DNA from: an uncultured Saprospiraceae bacterium | GTDB lineage: Bacteria; Bacteroidota; Bacteroidia; Chitinophagales; Saprospiraceae | Assembly (NCBI GenBank): GCA_937927835.1 | Contig: CALGJS010000150.1 | Location: forward strand, 1 to 41,437 | Length of the DNA: 41,437 nt | Reading direction: 5' to 3' | In this document: one piece after another, positions 17,579 through 26,394 of the stretch | How positions within the stretch are numbered: position 1 is the stretch's first letter | How the letters are laid out: each line of letters opens with the position of its first letter | The notes under the pieces: generated by a model | Databases searched by the model: none | What the model saw: only the letters and a program-made list of their open reading frames with translations | What the model was told of the DNA's origin: nothing | Program-made: the position numbers and the translations under genes

Positions 17579-18460
17579 TTAATTCCGGTTATCTACTCCC
17601 CAAGCTAGTTTTCCTCTAATGGTCTTTAAAAAGCTTTGATCTTGAAGTTGAATAAGATTAATCGTGAAATCACATTTACGAACGGCCAATTGATGGTCTG
17701 AAGTAACGGTCTCAAAGCGAGAATCCATTGTGCATAAAAAATTATCTGTTCGGCCTTCTACTTCAAAGGAAATAACTGAAGTATCTGGCAATACGATTGG
17801 TCGAACATTTAAATTGTGAGGAGCTACTGGTGTGATAATAAAATTACCGGAACCAGGGAAAATAATTGGGCCTCCACAGCTCAACGAGTATCCGGTCGAT
17901 CCGGTCGGAGTGGAAATAATGATCCCATCCGCCCAGTATGAATTAAGGTAGGCACCATTGACATAAGCATGGATCGTAATCATCGACGAAGTGTCTCGCT
18001 TCAAAAGGGTACAATCGTTTAGCGCAAAAGGTATATCTCCATGTAGTGGCAAATTAGATTCGAGATATAATAGCTGACGCTCATCAATTTTGTACATTCC
18101 TCTTTGCAATAATTTAATGGCTGCTCTGATTTGCGTTTTTTCAATATCTGCCAAAAAACCTAACCTCCCCAAGTTGATACCTAAGATCGGAACTTTACTA
18201 TCTCGTACCTCGGTAATCGCGTTCAAGATCGTTCCATCTCCACCAAGGGTGATCATGTAATCAAATTTCCGCATCCGAAAATCTATGTATCCTTCAAACC
18301 TTCCGAGATCTTGCTTAAGTGTTAGTTTTTCTCTGACTTTAGATAAGAATGGTTCGTTCACATAAGCGTTGATACCTTCTTCATAGAGGATATCAAAGAA
18401 TTCCTGTACCGCAGGAATATCTTTATCTTTTAATTGCTTACTGAAAACGGCTATTTGCAT
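17579..18460 (-). CDS. nadK: NAD+ kinase
   Basis: 293 aa with the GGDGT motif (ITLGGDGTILNA), NLGRLGFL and STPTGSTGYSLSCGGPI. The ATG shares one base with the upstream stop (TAATG). Confidence 0.93.
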   Translation of the reverse strand: MQIAVFSKQLKDKDIPAVQEFFDILYEEGINAYVNEPFLSKVREKLTLKQDLGRFEGYIDFRMRKFDYMITLGGDGTILNAITEVRDSKVPILGINLGRLGFLADIEKTQIRAAIKLLQRGMYKIDERQLLYLESNLPLHGDIPFALNDCTLLKRDTSSMITIHAYVNGAYLNSYWADGIIISTPTGSTGYSLSCGGPIIFPGSGNFIITPVAPHNLNVRPIVLPDTSVISFEVEGRTDNFLCTMDSRFETVTSDHQLAVRKCDFTINLIQLQDQSFLKTIRGKLAWGVDNRN

Positions 18461-19884
18461 TAGAAGTTAAATTGGTAGTGTAAAAATAGGGCATTTTCTC
18501 CTAAATGATTTAAGCTATATTGAAACTGAATAATTTTATCATTATAAAAAACAAAATCCAACCCAGGTCCTCCTCCCCACAGCCAGCGATTTCCGAGTGA
18601 ATTAAATTCTGTAAACTGGGTATCATTCGCAATTCCAATATCATTATTAAGACTCAAATAAACCTGAAAAGGCATCACTCGAAATTGTGGAATAAGCATC
18701 AGGTTTCCCCAATTGATTTCTCGATTAAATACTTGAAAACGTAAACTAGATTTTAAATAAAAATAATCTAATCCATCAATTACATAGAATTCATATCCTC
18801 GTAAAAAATCTTCTTCGTATCCCATGGCCCAATAATTATTATAAGGCTGTGTTCCTCGTAAAAGTGCGACTCGTGTTTTAGCAATGGCTTCAAGACTAAT
18901 TTTTTTAGTAATCGGAATGTATTTTGCGTAGGAAGTTGTTAAATACATTCCGTTTCTTTCTTTAAAAAGACCAAATCCTTCTTTTTCAAAACTTACACTT
19001 AGCATTTGACCTTTCCTTGGATAAGGTTTAAAGTCTCGATTATCAAAGGTATAATTATAAGAAAAATAGAAAAGCCGTTGTCGCGTATCTCCATTCAAAA
19101 AATACTTATCGTTGAGTTCTGTGATTACATAATCATCGATCGAATTGTGATGAAAGTTGATCTTAGCAGTATGATATTGAAAGATGCCTTTTCGGTAAGA
19201 AATACCACCACCTATCCGAAATCTTCGCAATAAAACCCGATTTTCAAAACGCTGAAAAAGGAGGCGATTGTCTACTGTTTTATACCCAATATCTTTGTTT
19301 TCAGCAAAAAAAACCTCTCCTATAACTCCTAAATTAGGATTATTACCGATGGTTGGGAGGGAATAACTTATTTCGTATTTTCGGGTAAATCCAAATTGAA
19401 CTACCGTCTTTAATCGGTCTCTTCTACCGGTTAAATTGATATGGTAAAAACGCATTCCGTAGTTGACTCTGCGTAACGAACGATTTTGTTCTACCCACCA
19501 AACATTGAAATTTCGATCGGCTAATTCAAAGATCGGTGCCGGATAAAAAAACCAATTTTCTTGAAAATCTACAGCTACTTTTATTTGACCAGCATCTTCA
19601 TCCCAATCTTTAATATTTATTTTTACTAGAATAAACAAACCTGTATTCAGTAATTGTAATCTATTTGTTTCTAAAATGATTGATAAGTCACTTACTGCAA
19701 TGACATCTCCTTTTTTAAGATCCATTTCTCGAAAAATGGTCTGTTCTTTTGTCTTTTTATTACCATCCAAAATAATTTCAGAAACAGTAACAGAGTCACG
19801 CTGTGCGCTTAGACTACTAACCGTAAAAAGGAAAGAAATCCAGATTAAAAAACGTAGGAGAAAAGAAGCGTGTGGGTTAGACAT
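18460..19884 (-). CDS. Omp85/BamA-family outer-membrane protein with a single POTRA domain
   Basis: 474 aa with a signal peptide (FLFTVSSLSAQ), a POTRA-like segment (VSEIILDGNKKTKEQTIFREMDLKKGDVI), then aromatic-rich alternating beta-strand sequence ending ...LFLHYQFNF (C-terminal Phe). Confidence 0.72.
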   Translation of the reverse strand: MSNPHASFLLRFLIWISFLFTVSSLSAQRDSVTVSEIILDGNKKTKEQTIFREMDLKKGDVIAVSDLSIILETNRLQLLNTGLFILVKINIKDWDEDAGQIKVAVDFQENWFFYPAPIFELADRNFNVWWVEQNRSLRRVNYGMRFYHINLTGRRDRLKTVVQFGFTRKYEISYSLPTIGNNPNLGVIGEVFFAENKDIGYKTVDNRLLFQRFENRVLLRRFRIGGGISYRKGIFQYHTAKINFHHNSIDDYVITELNDKYFLNGDTRQRLFYFSYNYTFDNRDFKPYPRKGQMLSVSFEKEGFGLFKERNGMYLTTSYAKYIPITKKISLEAIAKTRVALLRGTQPYNNYWAMGYEEDFLRGYEFYVIDGLDYFYLKSSLRFQVFNREINWGNLMLIPQFRVMPFQVYLSLNNDIGIANDTQFTEFNSLGNRWLWGGGPGLDFVFYNDKIIQFQYSLNHLGENALFLHYQFNF

Positions 19885-20536
19885 TTAAGTATGACATGAG
19901 AGAGTCGTAACGATCCCGAAGGCTATCAAAATAAGCAGCTTCTTGGAAGGATGCTTTTACTTGTAAATCAAATCGTTCAAAAGAAGCTATAATTCGCTGA
20001 ATCTCGGGACGATTAATTTTCAACGTTACATCAATTAAAGTAGAATCTACACTAGAAGTAATAAAACTACTGAGAATTACAGAATTTTCAGACTCAACAA
20101 TTCTAGCTAACTGCGCTAGTGAGTAATCTCTTTTGCTCATTTCTAAAACGATAATACTACCAGGCTCTTTAAAAGAACCAATGCTTGCGAAGAACCGTAG
20201 TAAATCTTCTTGAGAAATCAACCCTAAATATTCTTTTTCATTATTAACAACTGGAATAGTTGTCAACTTATAATCACTGACCAAACGCAATACTTCATAC
20301 AAGTGATCATTGCTTTTGACATAAGGTCGATTGATAGATAATTTATAAGAACCTACTGCTTCTTCTACATCGTGGTCCAAAATATCATCTTCAGAAATTA
20401 ATCCGAGTAGCTCGGTATTATTAACAATTGGTAGGTGTTTGACATAAAAATCACTCATCACGCTGAGCGCGTCTTCCCCGGTATCCGAAGTTCTAAGGGG
20501 GACGATAGTCTGTGATAAAAGATTATTGGCAATCAC
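19877..20536 (-). CDS. CBS-domain pair protein with a C-terminal ACT-like domain
   Basis: 219 aa with two CBS repeats (HLPIVNNTELLGLISEDDIL; TIPVVNNEKEYLGLISQEDLL). GTG start at 20536. The stop overlaps the downstream Omp85-like start by 8 nt. Confidence 0.8.
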   Translation of the reverse strand: MIANNLLSQTIVPLRTSDTGEDALSVMSDFYVKHLPIVNNTELLGLISEDDILDHDVEEAVGSYKLSINRPYVKSNDHLYEVLRLVSDYKLTTIPVVNNEKEYLGLISQEDLLRFFASIGSFKEPGSIIVLEMSKRDYSLAQLARIVESENSVILSSFITSSVDSTLIDVTLKINRPEIQRIIASFERFDLQVKASFQEAAYFDSLRDRYDSLMSYLNV

Positions 20537-20784
20537 GCTGAAAGATTTTGGGTTAAAATATTGTAAATAAAAATATACTAAGTGTTTGTCTAATAAGTAC
20601 TTAACGAGAAAATAGCGTTACTGTTGGAGTTAGTAACCATATTTTATAATAAAAAGTAATCTGGTCGACACTTAGTAACGTGGATAACATCTTATTTATA
20701 CACTACCAAAAGTGCACTTAAAGTTGATAATTGTAAAGAGAAATTGATATTATTTTTTGAGAGAGACTAAATTAGTTATCTAAA

Positions 20785-21498
20785 CTAGCCTAATAACCTC
20801 TTTTTCTGCAATGAAAACTCTTCTTCTGTCAACAAGCCTTGTTCTCTTAGTTCGGCTAATTTTTTGAGTTGCTCTAGAAGGTTTTGACTTTCTGCTACGT
20901 TGGTAGGGCTATTTTCGCGAGGTTTTTTCCCTAGTCGATATCTATTTTTTTCAAATTCTTCAAATTCATCTTGAATTCGTAAGTAAGCCAAAGCATCATG
21001 AGTTTTTATCTTACCGAAGTCGGTAAATCCTAAAGCAGTAGCTTTGTCTAGATGTTCAAAAGCATTATCCTTTTGTTCAGTCAAAGAATAAGCACAAGCT
21101 AGGTTGAAGTGAACGGCAATATCTTTAGGATTAATTTGTAATGCCTTGTTAAAGTCTTCTATAGATCCTTCATAATCATAATCCTTGTACTTTTCTATCC
21201 CACTATTTTTAAAAGGATTGCTTTTAGGCTTTGGAGTAGGTCGACTAGCAGGACGCTCGTAATCACGGCGGGCTGGGCGTTGATATTCTGGCTGACGGCC
21301 TCGACGGTTATAATCGCGCTCACGGCGACGATTATCTCGTGGATTTCGTGGTCCATTACCATTAGGGTTCTGATTATTAGTCGCAGATTTGAAAATCACA
21401 AATGCGACAAATGCAAAAATCATCAGAGGAACGGGTAATCCGAACGCTGAAAGAATAATAAAGAGAAAAAATATAGTACCTGGGTTAATGTCTTTCAT
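20785..21498 (-). CDS. Membrane-anchored TPR-like / SHOCT-domain protein (paralog A)
   Basis: 237 aa with an N-terminal hydrophobic region, an Arg/Pro-rich disordered linker, a TPR-like block (HFNLACAYSLTEQKDNAFEHL) and a C-terminal SHOCT-type motif LRELREQGLLTEEEFSLQKKRLLG-like (LAELREQGLLTEEEFSLQKKRLLG). Confidence 0.65.
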   Translation of the reverse strand: MKDINPGTIFFLFIILSAFGLPVPLMIFAFVAFVIFKSATNNQNPNGNGPRNPRDNRRRERDYNRRGRQPEYQRPARRDYERPASRPTPKPKSNPFKNSGIEKYKDYDYEGSIEDFNKALQINPKDIAVHFNLACAYSLTEQKDNAFEHLDKATALGFTDFGKIKTHDALAYLRIQDEFEEFEKNRYRLGKKPRENSPTNVAESQNLLEQLKKLAELREQGLLTEEEFSLQKKRLLG

Positions 21499-21595
21499 TG
21501 CATAAATTTGAGCATAAGAGGTGGTCTAAACTTAAAAAAAAATTCCCAATTTCTTATAATCATGAAAATTTAGAATACCTATAACAAATATACGA

Positions 21596-22402
21596 CTATC
21601 CTAGCAATTTCTTTTTTTGAATGACAAATTCTTCTTCAGTTAGTAGGCCACGTTCTCGCAAAGCGCCCAGTTGTTTGATTTGTTCTAATAAATCTGGTGG
21701 GTTGGAAAGTAGATCTTTCTTTTTATGGGTTGTTTTTTGTGGGTTCATAACGCGGCTTTCTAGCGCTTCATACTCAGGTTGTAAGCGTAAGTAGGCGAGT
21801 GCGTCATGATTACGGATGCGATGATAATCTTTAAATCCTAATTCAATGGCACGATTAAGATGATAATATGCTTCTTCTTTTTGTTCCAATAATGAATTAG
21901 CACAAGCTAAATTAAAATGTACTGATATATCGTTAGGTTCGGTTTCTAAAACTTTTAAAAAATCCTCAATGGCCTCTTCATATTCATAGGCTTTATACCG
22001 TTGAATACCGCTGGCTTTGTAAGGATTCATTTTGTTATAATTGGGCTTTGGAGGACTAGTTCTCTGATTACGACGTGGCGGGCCCTTACGAAAATCATCC
22101 GCTTGGTACTGCCGAGCGCGGCGGTTACGCTGACGATTATATTCATAATCATCCACTTCGTTCATATTTTCTCTTCGTTGTAATTCAACGTATTTTGAGT
22201 TGTATTTTAAATCAAAAATCTTTCTATCCATAAAAAGAAATCCAAAGAAATCTATGATAGATAACAAAACAGAAATCCCGGTCAAGGATAGTACACAATA
22301 AAAAATACCCATCTTTACCTGTCCAAGATAAAAACGATGTGCTCCAAACATACCTAAGAAAAAGGAGAGTAATACAACTATATTTTTGTCTTTCATCATC
22401 AT
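21596..22402 (-). CDS. TM2-domain / TPR-like / SHOCT-domain membrane protein (paralog B)
   Basis: 268 aa. The N-terminus LLSFFLGMFGAHRFYLGQVKMGIFY fits the TM2 domain pattern. The rest (Arg-rich linker, TPR-like block, C-terminal LRERGLLTEEEFVIQKKKLLG) is collinear with paralog A. Confidence 0.7.
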   Translation of the reverse strand: MMMKDKNIVVLLSFFLGMFGAHRFYLGQVKMGIFYCVLSLTGISVLLSIIDFFGFLFMDRKIFDLKYNSKYVELQRRENMNEVDDYEYNRQRNRRARQYQADDFRKGPPRRNQRTSPPKPNYNKMNPYKASGIQRYKAYEYEEAIEDFLKVLETEPNDISVHFNLACANSLLEQKEEAYYHLNRAIELGFKDYHRIRNHDALAYLRLQPEYEALESRVMNPQKTTHKKKDLLSNPPDLLEQIKQLGALRERGLLTEEEFVIQKKKLLG

Positions 22403-22595
22403 TTTAACAAACAGACCAACTGTGAAGTTGTTGAAGTTAGGAATGAAAAATAAATAACTTGATCCAATTGGGTGTATCTTCTAGGCCTAGTCTTCGTTAT
22501 TTTTATCAGCCAGCCAACAAGGATGTCTTCAAAAAATACCTTGACTAAACCTAGAATATTTTCCCACTTGGGCTAACTTATTTAATTTTCATTCC

Positions 22596-23846
22596 TTATT
22601 TAAAAATTTTACAAGTCAGAACAGTAAAATCATCTGGGTAATTCTGTCTCCCTTTGAAAATTTCAATATGATTCATTAGTTCCTGATTAAATGCTTTGGC
22701 GGAAAGTGCGGTTTTATTTTTAACAAATTCCATTAGTGCATCCTCATCAAAGTATTCTTCCGTATCATTTTGCATATCCGTTAATCCATCCGTATAGGTC
22801 AAAATTGTGGTATCTTCTTTAATAGATACTTCTCCCAAATCTAGAAAAGGTAACTCAGGAAAAGAACCCAAAATCGTACTACCTTCTCGCAAAGTATCCA
22901 TCGTATTTTCTGAAAAAATCACGGGTGGGTTATGACCAGCATTACAATAAGTTAGTTTACCAGTTTCTCGTTTATATACGCCAATAAAAAAAGTAAGATG
23001 CTTATCTCCTTTTGTAATCCGAAAAAGAGAGGTATTTAGTTCTCTAACAAAATCTTCCAAAGCTGTACTCGCCATTAGTAAGCTGTGAAAATTTGCCTGA
23101 AAGTTTGCCATTAATAAAGCTGCAGCCAATCCTTTCCCTGCAATATCTGCAATACAAAAAACCAACGTTCCATCCTTGAACTCTACATAGTCAAAATAGT
23201 CTCCTCCGACTGTTTGGTGTGGTTTGTAGATGCTGTCAAGTTGGTAAAATTTATTATCAGGTAATATGTCAGGAATTAACAGGTGTTGCATATCGCCGGC
23301 CAGTTCCATTTCTCGATTATATCGTTCTTGTTCGATTTGTTGTTTGAATAAGCGTTTGTTTTCGATAGCCACCGCAATGATATTTGTGATGGTCGTGATA
23401 AATTGTACCTTATTATACATATCCTCATCTTCTTCAAATCCACCGATAAAGGTATAGGCAATTGGTTGTTCTTTGTGAAGTACAGGAATTACCACATCAA
23501 ATTCTTTAATCAACTCATGGGTTTCATTTCCTTCTAGCATTTTCAGTCGCTCGTATTCTTTGAGTTTTTCGGAGATATCTAATTCTGTTAGTTTTTTTGA
23601 AATACCGATATAAGAAATACATTTCCAAGCACCGTCTGACTGAATGTATAAGGTCATTTTTCGGATTCCCATTTCCCAACTCAAAAATGAATTATACATA
23701 TCATAAAGTCCTTGATCCGAGACATTGCTGTTAATCGCCTGCGTGATATTTAACAGACGATTAATCTGTAATTGCTTAAGGTGGAGTTCTCTTTCCAGAG
23801 ATTCCAATTTTGACATTTCTTTTCGAAGGTTAGATAATTTTGCCAT
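22596..23846 (-). CDS. GAF-domain PP2C-type (SpoIIE/RsbU-like) serine phosphatase
   Basis: 416 aa with an N-terminal coiled coil, a GAF-like sensor region, then PP2C motifs GGDYFDY, CIADIAGKG, YCNAGHNPP and TYTDGLTD. Confidence 0.85.
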   Translation of the reverse strand: MAKLSNLRKEMSKLESLERELHLKQLQINRLLNITQAINSNVSDQGLYDMYNSFLSWEMGIRKMTLYIQSDGAWKCISYIGISKKLTELDISEKLKEYERLKMLEGNETHELIKEFDVVIPVLHKEQPIAYTFIGGFEEDEDMYNKVQFITTITNIIAVAIENKRLFKQQIEQERYNREMELAGDMQHLLIPDILPDNKFYQLDSIYKPHQTVGGDYFDYVEFKDGTLVFCIADIAGKGLAAALLMANFQANFHSLLMASTALEDFVRELNTSLFRITKGDKHLTFFIGVYKRETGKLTYCNAGHNPPVIFSENTMDTLREGSTILGSFPELPFLDLGEVSIKEDTTILTYTDGLTDMQNDTEEYFDEDALMEFVKNKTALSAKAFNQELMNHIEIFKGRQNYPDDFTVLTCKIFK

Positions 23847-23933
23847 ATACTAGTAGTTGTCAGTTTAAGGGACATAGAAAGAAAAAATATTCTTTCTGAT
23901 TTTCTAAAAAAAGTTTAGTACAAAAGATAAAAA

Positions 23934-25172
23934 TCATATTTGTTGATTCACATCTAATGCATCTCTTAATCCATTTCCAATCAAGTTAAACGCTAGTACC
24001 ATAATCATAATTGCTAGCGCTGGTACCAACGCTAAAAATGGTTTACCACCAATTGCGTATCCATAATTTTCGTTGAGCATAGTTCCCCATGAAGGACTCG
24101 GCGGTTGGATACCAAATCCTAGATAACTAAGGCCAGCTTCGATCAAAATTGCGGTAGCAAAATTCGCTGCTGCGATCACCATGATCGGTCCTAAAATATT
24201 TGGGATAATATGTTTCAATAAAATTCTTGAAGTAGAAAAACCCATGACTTGCACTGCTTCTACAAACTGTACTTTTCGATACGCCAATACTTGACCACGA
24301 ACAATTCTGGCTACATCTACCCACATCGTTAATCCTACCGCTAAAAAAATAATACCTACTCCTCGACCCAATGCTAAGACAATTGCAAAGACTAATAATA
24401 AAGTAGGAATAGACCATACCGTATTGATTAATAACATAATTAAATCATCTACTTTTCCACCTAAATAACCAGCCATTGCGCCCAATAATATTCCAATAGT
24501 AAGTGAAATAATTACCGCAATAAGGCCTGTTAATAGAGATATCCTTACCCCTAGCAAAAGTCTACTTAACATATCTCTTCCGTATTTATCTGTGCCGAGA
24601 ATAAATCGTTTTTGTACAATATTTTTTTCTTTAACCAGTTGCTGCAAAACAGCTATTTTTTCTTTTGACTCTTCGCCTGACAGTCGAGTAAATATTACTT
24701 CATCGTTATTAAAAATAGATTTTTCATCGTAAGATAAAGCGTATAAAACTTCCGTTAAAGGAACACCTAATGTTTGTCCATCTACTGCTTTATTCGTGGT
24801 AGGATTTTCTCCAGCATAGCGAACTGCAAGAATAGAATCGTTTCGAAAACTATATCGATTAATCGGCACCAATTGATAAGAGTTAGGTTGTCCAAAAGCT
24901 AATTTCTTAAAAAAACCTCGTTTTTCCACATTGGCATTCTTACGAATTTTTAAGAGTGTAGTGGTAAATCCAGGATCTGCTAACGCCACAGCGGAAATTT
25001 GCTCATTCACTTGTGGGCTATCGTCTGGAGCAATGGTATATCCCAAGATTGCAACGATAATAGCTATTCCGATTACCAAACATCCAACTACCGCCGCTTT
25101 GTTTTTCAACAACCGTCGTAGCGCTTTTTGATTAGGAGTTACCGCCGATTTTTTATTTATAAAAGAAGTCAT
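23934..25172 (-). CDS. ABC transporter permease, DppC/OppC-like
   Basis: 412 aa with an N-terminal TM helix, an extracytoplasmic insert of about 150 aa and a binding-protein-dependent transport core. No ATPase, partner permease or binding-protein gene is nearby. Confidence 0.82.
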   Translation of the reverse strand: MTSFINKKSAVTPNQKALRRLLKNKAAVVGCLVIGIAIIVAILGYTIAPDDSPQVNEQISAVALADPGFTTTLLKIRKNANVEKRGFFKKLAFGQPNSYQLVPINRYSFRNDSILAVRYAGENPTTNKAVDGQTLGVPLTEVLYALSYDEKSIFNNDEVIFTRLSGEESKEKIAVLQQLVKEKNIVQKRFILGTDKYGRDMLSRLLLGVRISLLTGLIAVIISLTIGILLGAMAGYLGGKVDDLIMLLINTVWSIPTLLLVFAIVLALGRGVGIIFLAVGLTMWVDVARIVRGQVLAYRKVQFVEAVQVMGFSTSRILLKHIIPNILGPIMVIAAANFATAILIEAGLSYLGFGIQPPSPSWGTMLNENYGYAIGGKPFLALVPALAIMIMVLAFNLIGNGLRDALDVNQQI

Positions 25173-25242
25173 AAAAATGATTGTTCTTAGAGCATATATT
25201 AGGTGCTTACGTAAAGGTAGAAAAAAATTATGGTCATTTTTT

Positions 25243-25250
25243 TACTTTTG
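25243..25250 (+). promoter_or_regulatory. Candidate -7 promoter box in front of the DUF3524 glycosyltransferase gene
   Basis: TACTTTTG (TAnnTTTG) ends 4 nt before the ATG at 25255, which would imply a leaderless or near-leaderless mRNA. Confidence 0.3.
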
Positions 25251-25254
25251 TAGA

Positions 25255-26370
25255 ATGAAAATATTATTGGTGGAACCATTCTTCGTGGGGAGTCATGCTA
25301 CTTGGGCCAAAGGTTACCAACAGTTTACCCAACATAATGTGGAAATATTGAGTCTTCCTGGTCGTCATTGGAAGTGGCGAATGTATGGTGGTGCAGTCAG
25401 TCTTGCTCGACAGATGGAAAAGCTGAAGTTTAAACCAGATTTATTGTTGGCCACTGATATGCTTGACTTGACAACTTTTTTGGCGCTTACCAAAAAGCAG
25501 ACTGCTAATATCCCTGTTGCTATTTATTTTCACGAAAACCAAATCACTTATCCTTGGTCACCTGCCGATGCTGACAAAAAAATCGAACGTAATAATCAAT
25601 ACGGTTTTCTCAATTATACAAGTGCGCTGGCAGCAGATCATGTTTGCTTTAATTCACTTTATCACCATGATTCTTTTTTAGGTGCTTTACCAGATTTTTT
25701 GCGTCAATTTCCAGATTTTCAAGAAACAGATTTAGTAGGTTTTATTAGAAAAAAATCCAGCGTTTTACCTTTGGGATTGGATTTAGAAAAATTCGATGCA
25801 TTTAGAGTAGATGTCACCAATGATATTCCCATTATTCTTTGGAATCATCGTTGGGAATACGATAAAAACCCAAGTACTTTTTTCAACGTTTTATTTAGAT
25901 TAAAGAAAGAACAGATTGATTTTAGGATCGTTGTTTTAGGTGAAAAATATCAACAATCTCCTCCTATATTTGCCGAAGCAGCCACTTATTTAAAAAAAGA
26001 AATTCTACACTTTGGCTACGCTCCAGATTTTGCTACTTATGCCCAATGGCTTTGGAGAGCAGATATTTTACCCGTTACTAATTTTCAAGATTTTTTTGGT
26101 GGAAGCATCGTAGAAGCGATGTATTGTAATACTTATCCTGTATTGCCTAATCGATTGGCCTATCCGGCTCATATTCCGAAAGAAAATCACCAAAAACATT
26201 TTTACGATGGATCGGAAGAACAGCTTTATTTACAGTTAAAAAAAATGTTGAAAGAATTTGGAACTAATTCGATCTCTTTTAATGTAAAAAATTACGTTCA
26301 TCATTATGATTGGCGTATCTTTGCACCCGCTTACGATGAATTTTTCTCAAAAATAGTTTCTACCTATTAG
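25255..26370 (+). CDS. DUF3524 + GT4-type glycosyltransferase (GTDC1 / tRNA-queuosine mannosyltransferase-like family)
   Basis: The ATG at 25255 gives MKILLVEPFFVGSHATWAKGY...LPGRHWKWRMYG, matching my memory of the DUF3524 N-terminus of GTDC1-like proteins (EAFYGGSH...KWHWR). The C-terminal half looks like a GT1/GT4 Rossmann domain. The tracked start at 25177 would leave only 4 bp to the divergent permease gene. Confidence 0.75.
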   Translation: MKILLVEPFFVGSHATWAKGYQQFTQHNVEILSLPGRHWKWRMYGGAVSLARQMEKLKFKPDLLLATDMLDLTTFLALTKKQTANIPVAIYFHENQITYPWSPADADKKIERNNQYGFLNYTSALAADHVCFNSLYHHDSFLGALPDFLRQFPDFQETDLVGFIRKKSSVLPLGLDLEKFDAFRVDVTNDIPIILWNHRWEYDKNPSTFFNVLFRLKKEQIDFRIVVLGEKYQQSPPIFAEAATYLKKEILHFGYAPDFATYAQWLWRADILPVTNFQDFFGGSIVEAMYCNTYPVLPNRLAYPAHIPKENHQKHFYDGSEEQLYLQLKKMLKEFGTNSISFNVKNYVHHYDWRIFAPAYDEFFSKIVSTY

Positions 26371-26394
26371 ACTAAACTAACGCCAAATATTTAT

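Noticed and set aside
20679-20687. Isolated DnaA-box-like 9-mers outside the ctaA region (CGTGGATAA at 20679-20687; AGTGGATAA near 10943-10951).
   Set aside because: These are single one-mismatch hits with no clustering or adjacent AT-rich tract, as expected by chance in 41 kb.
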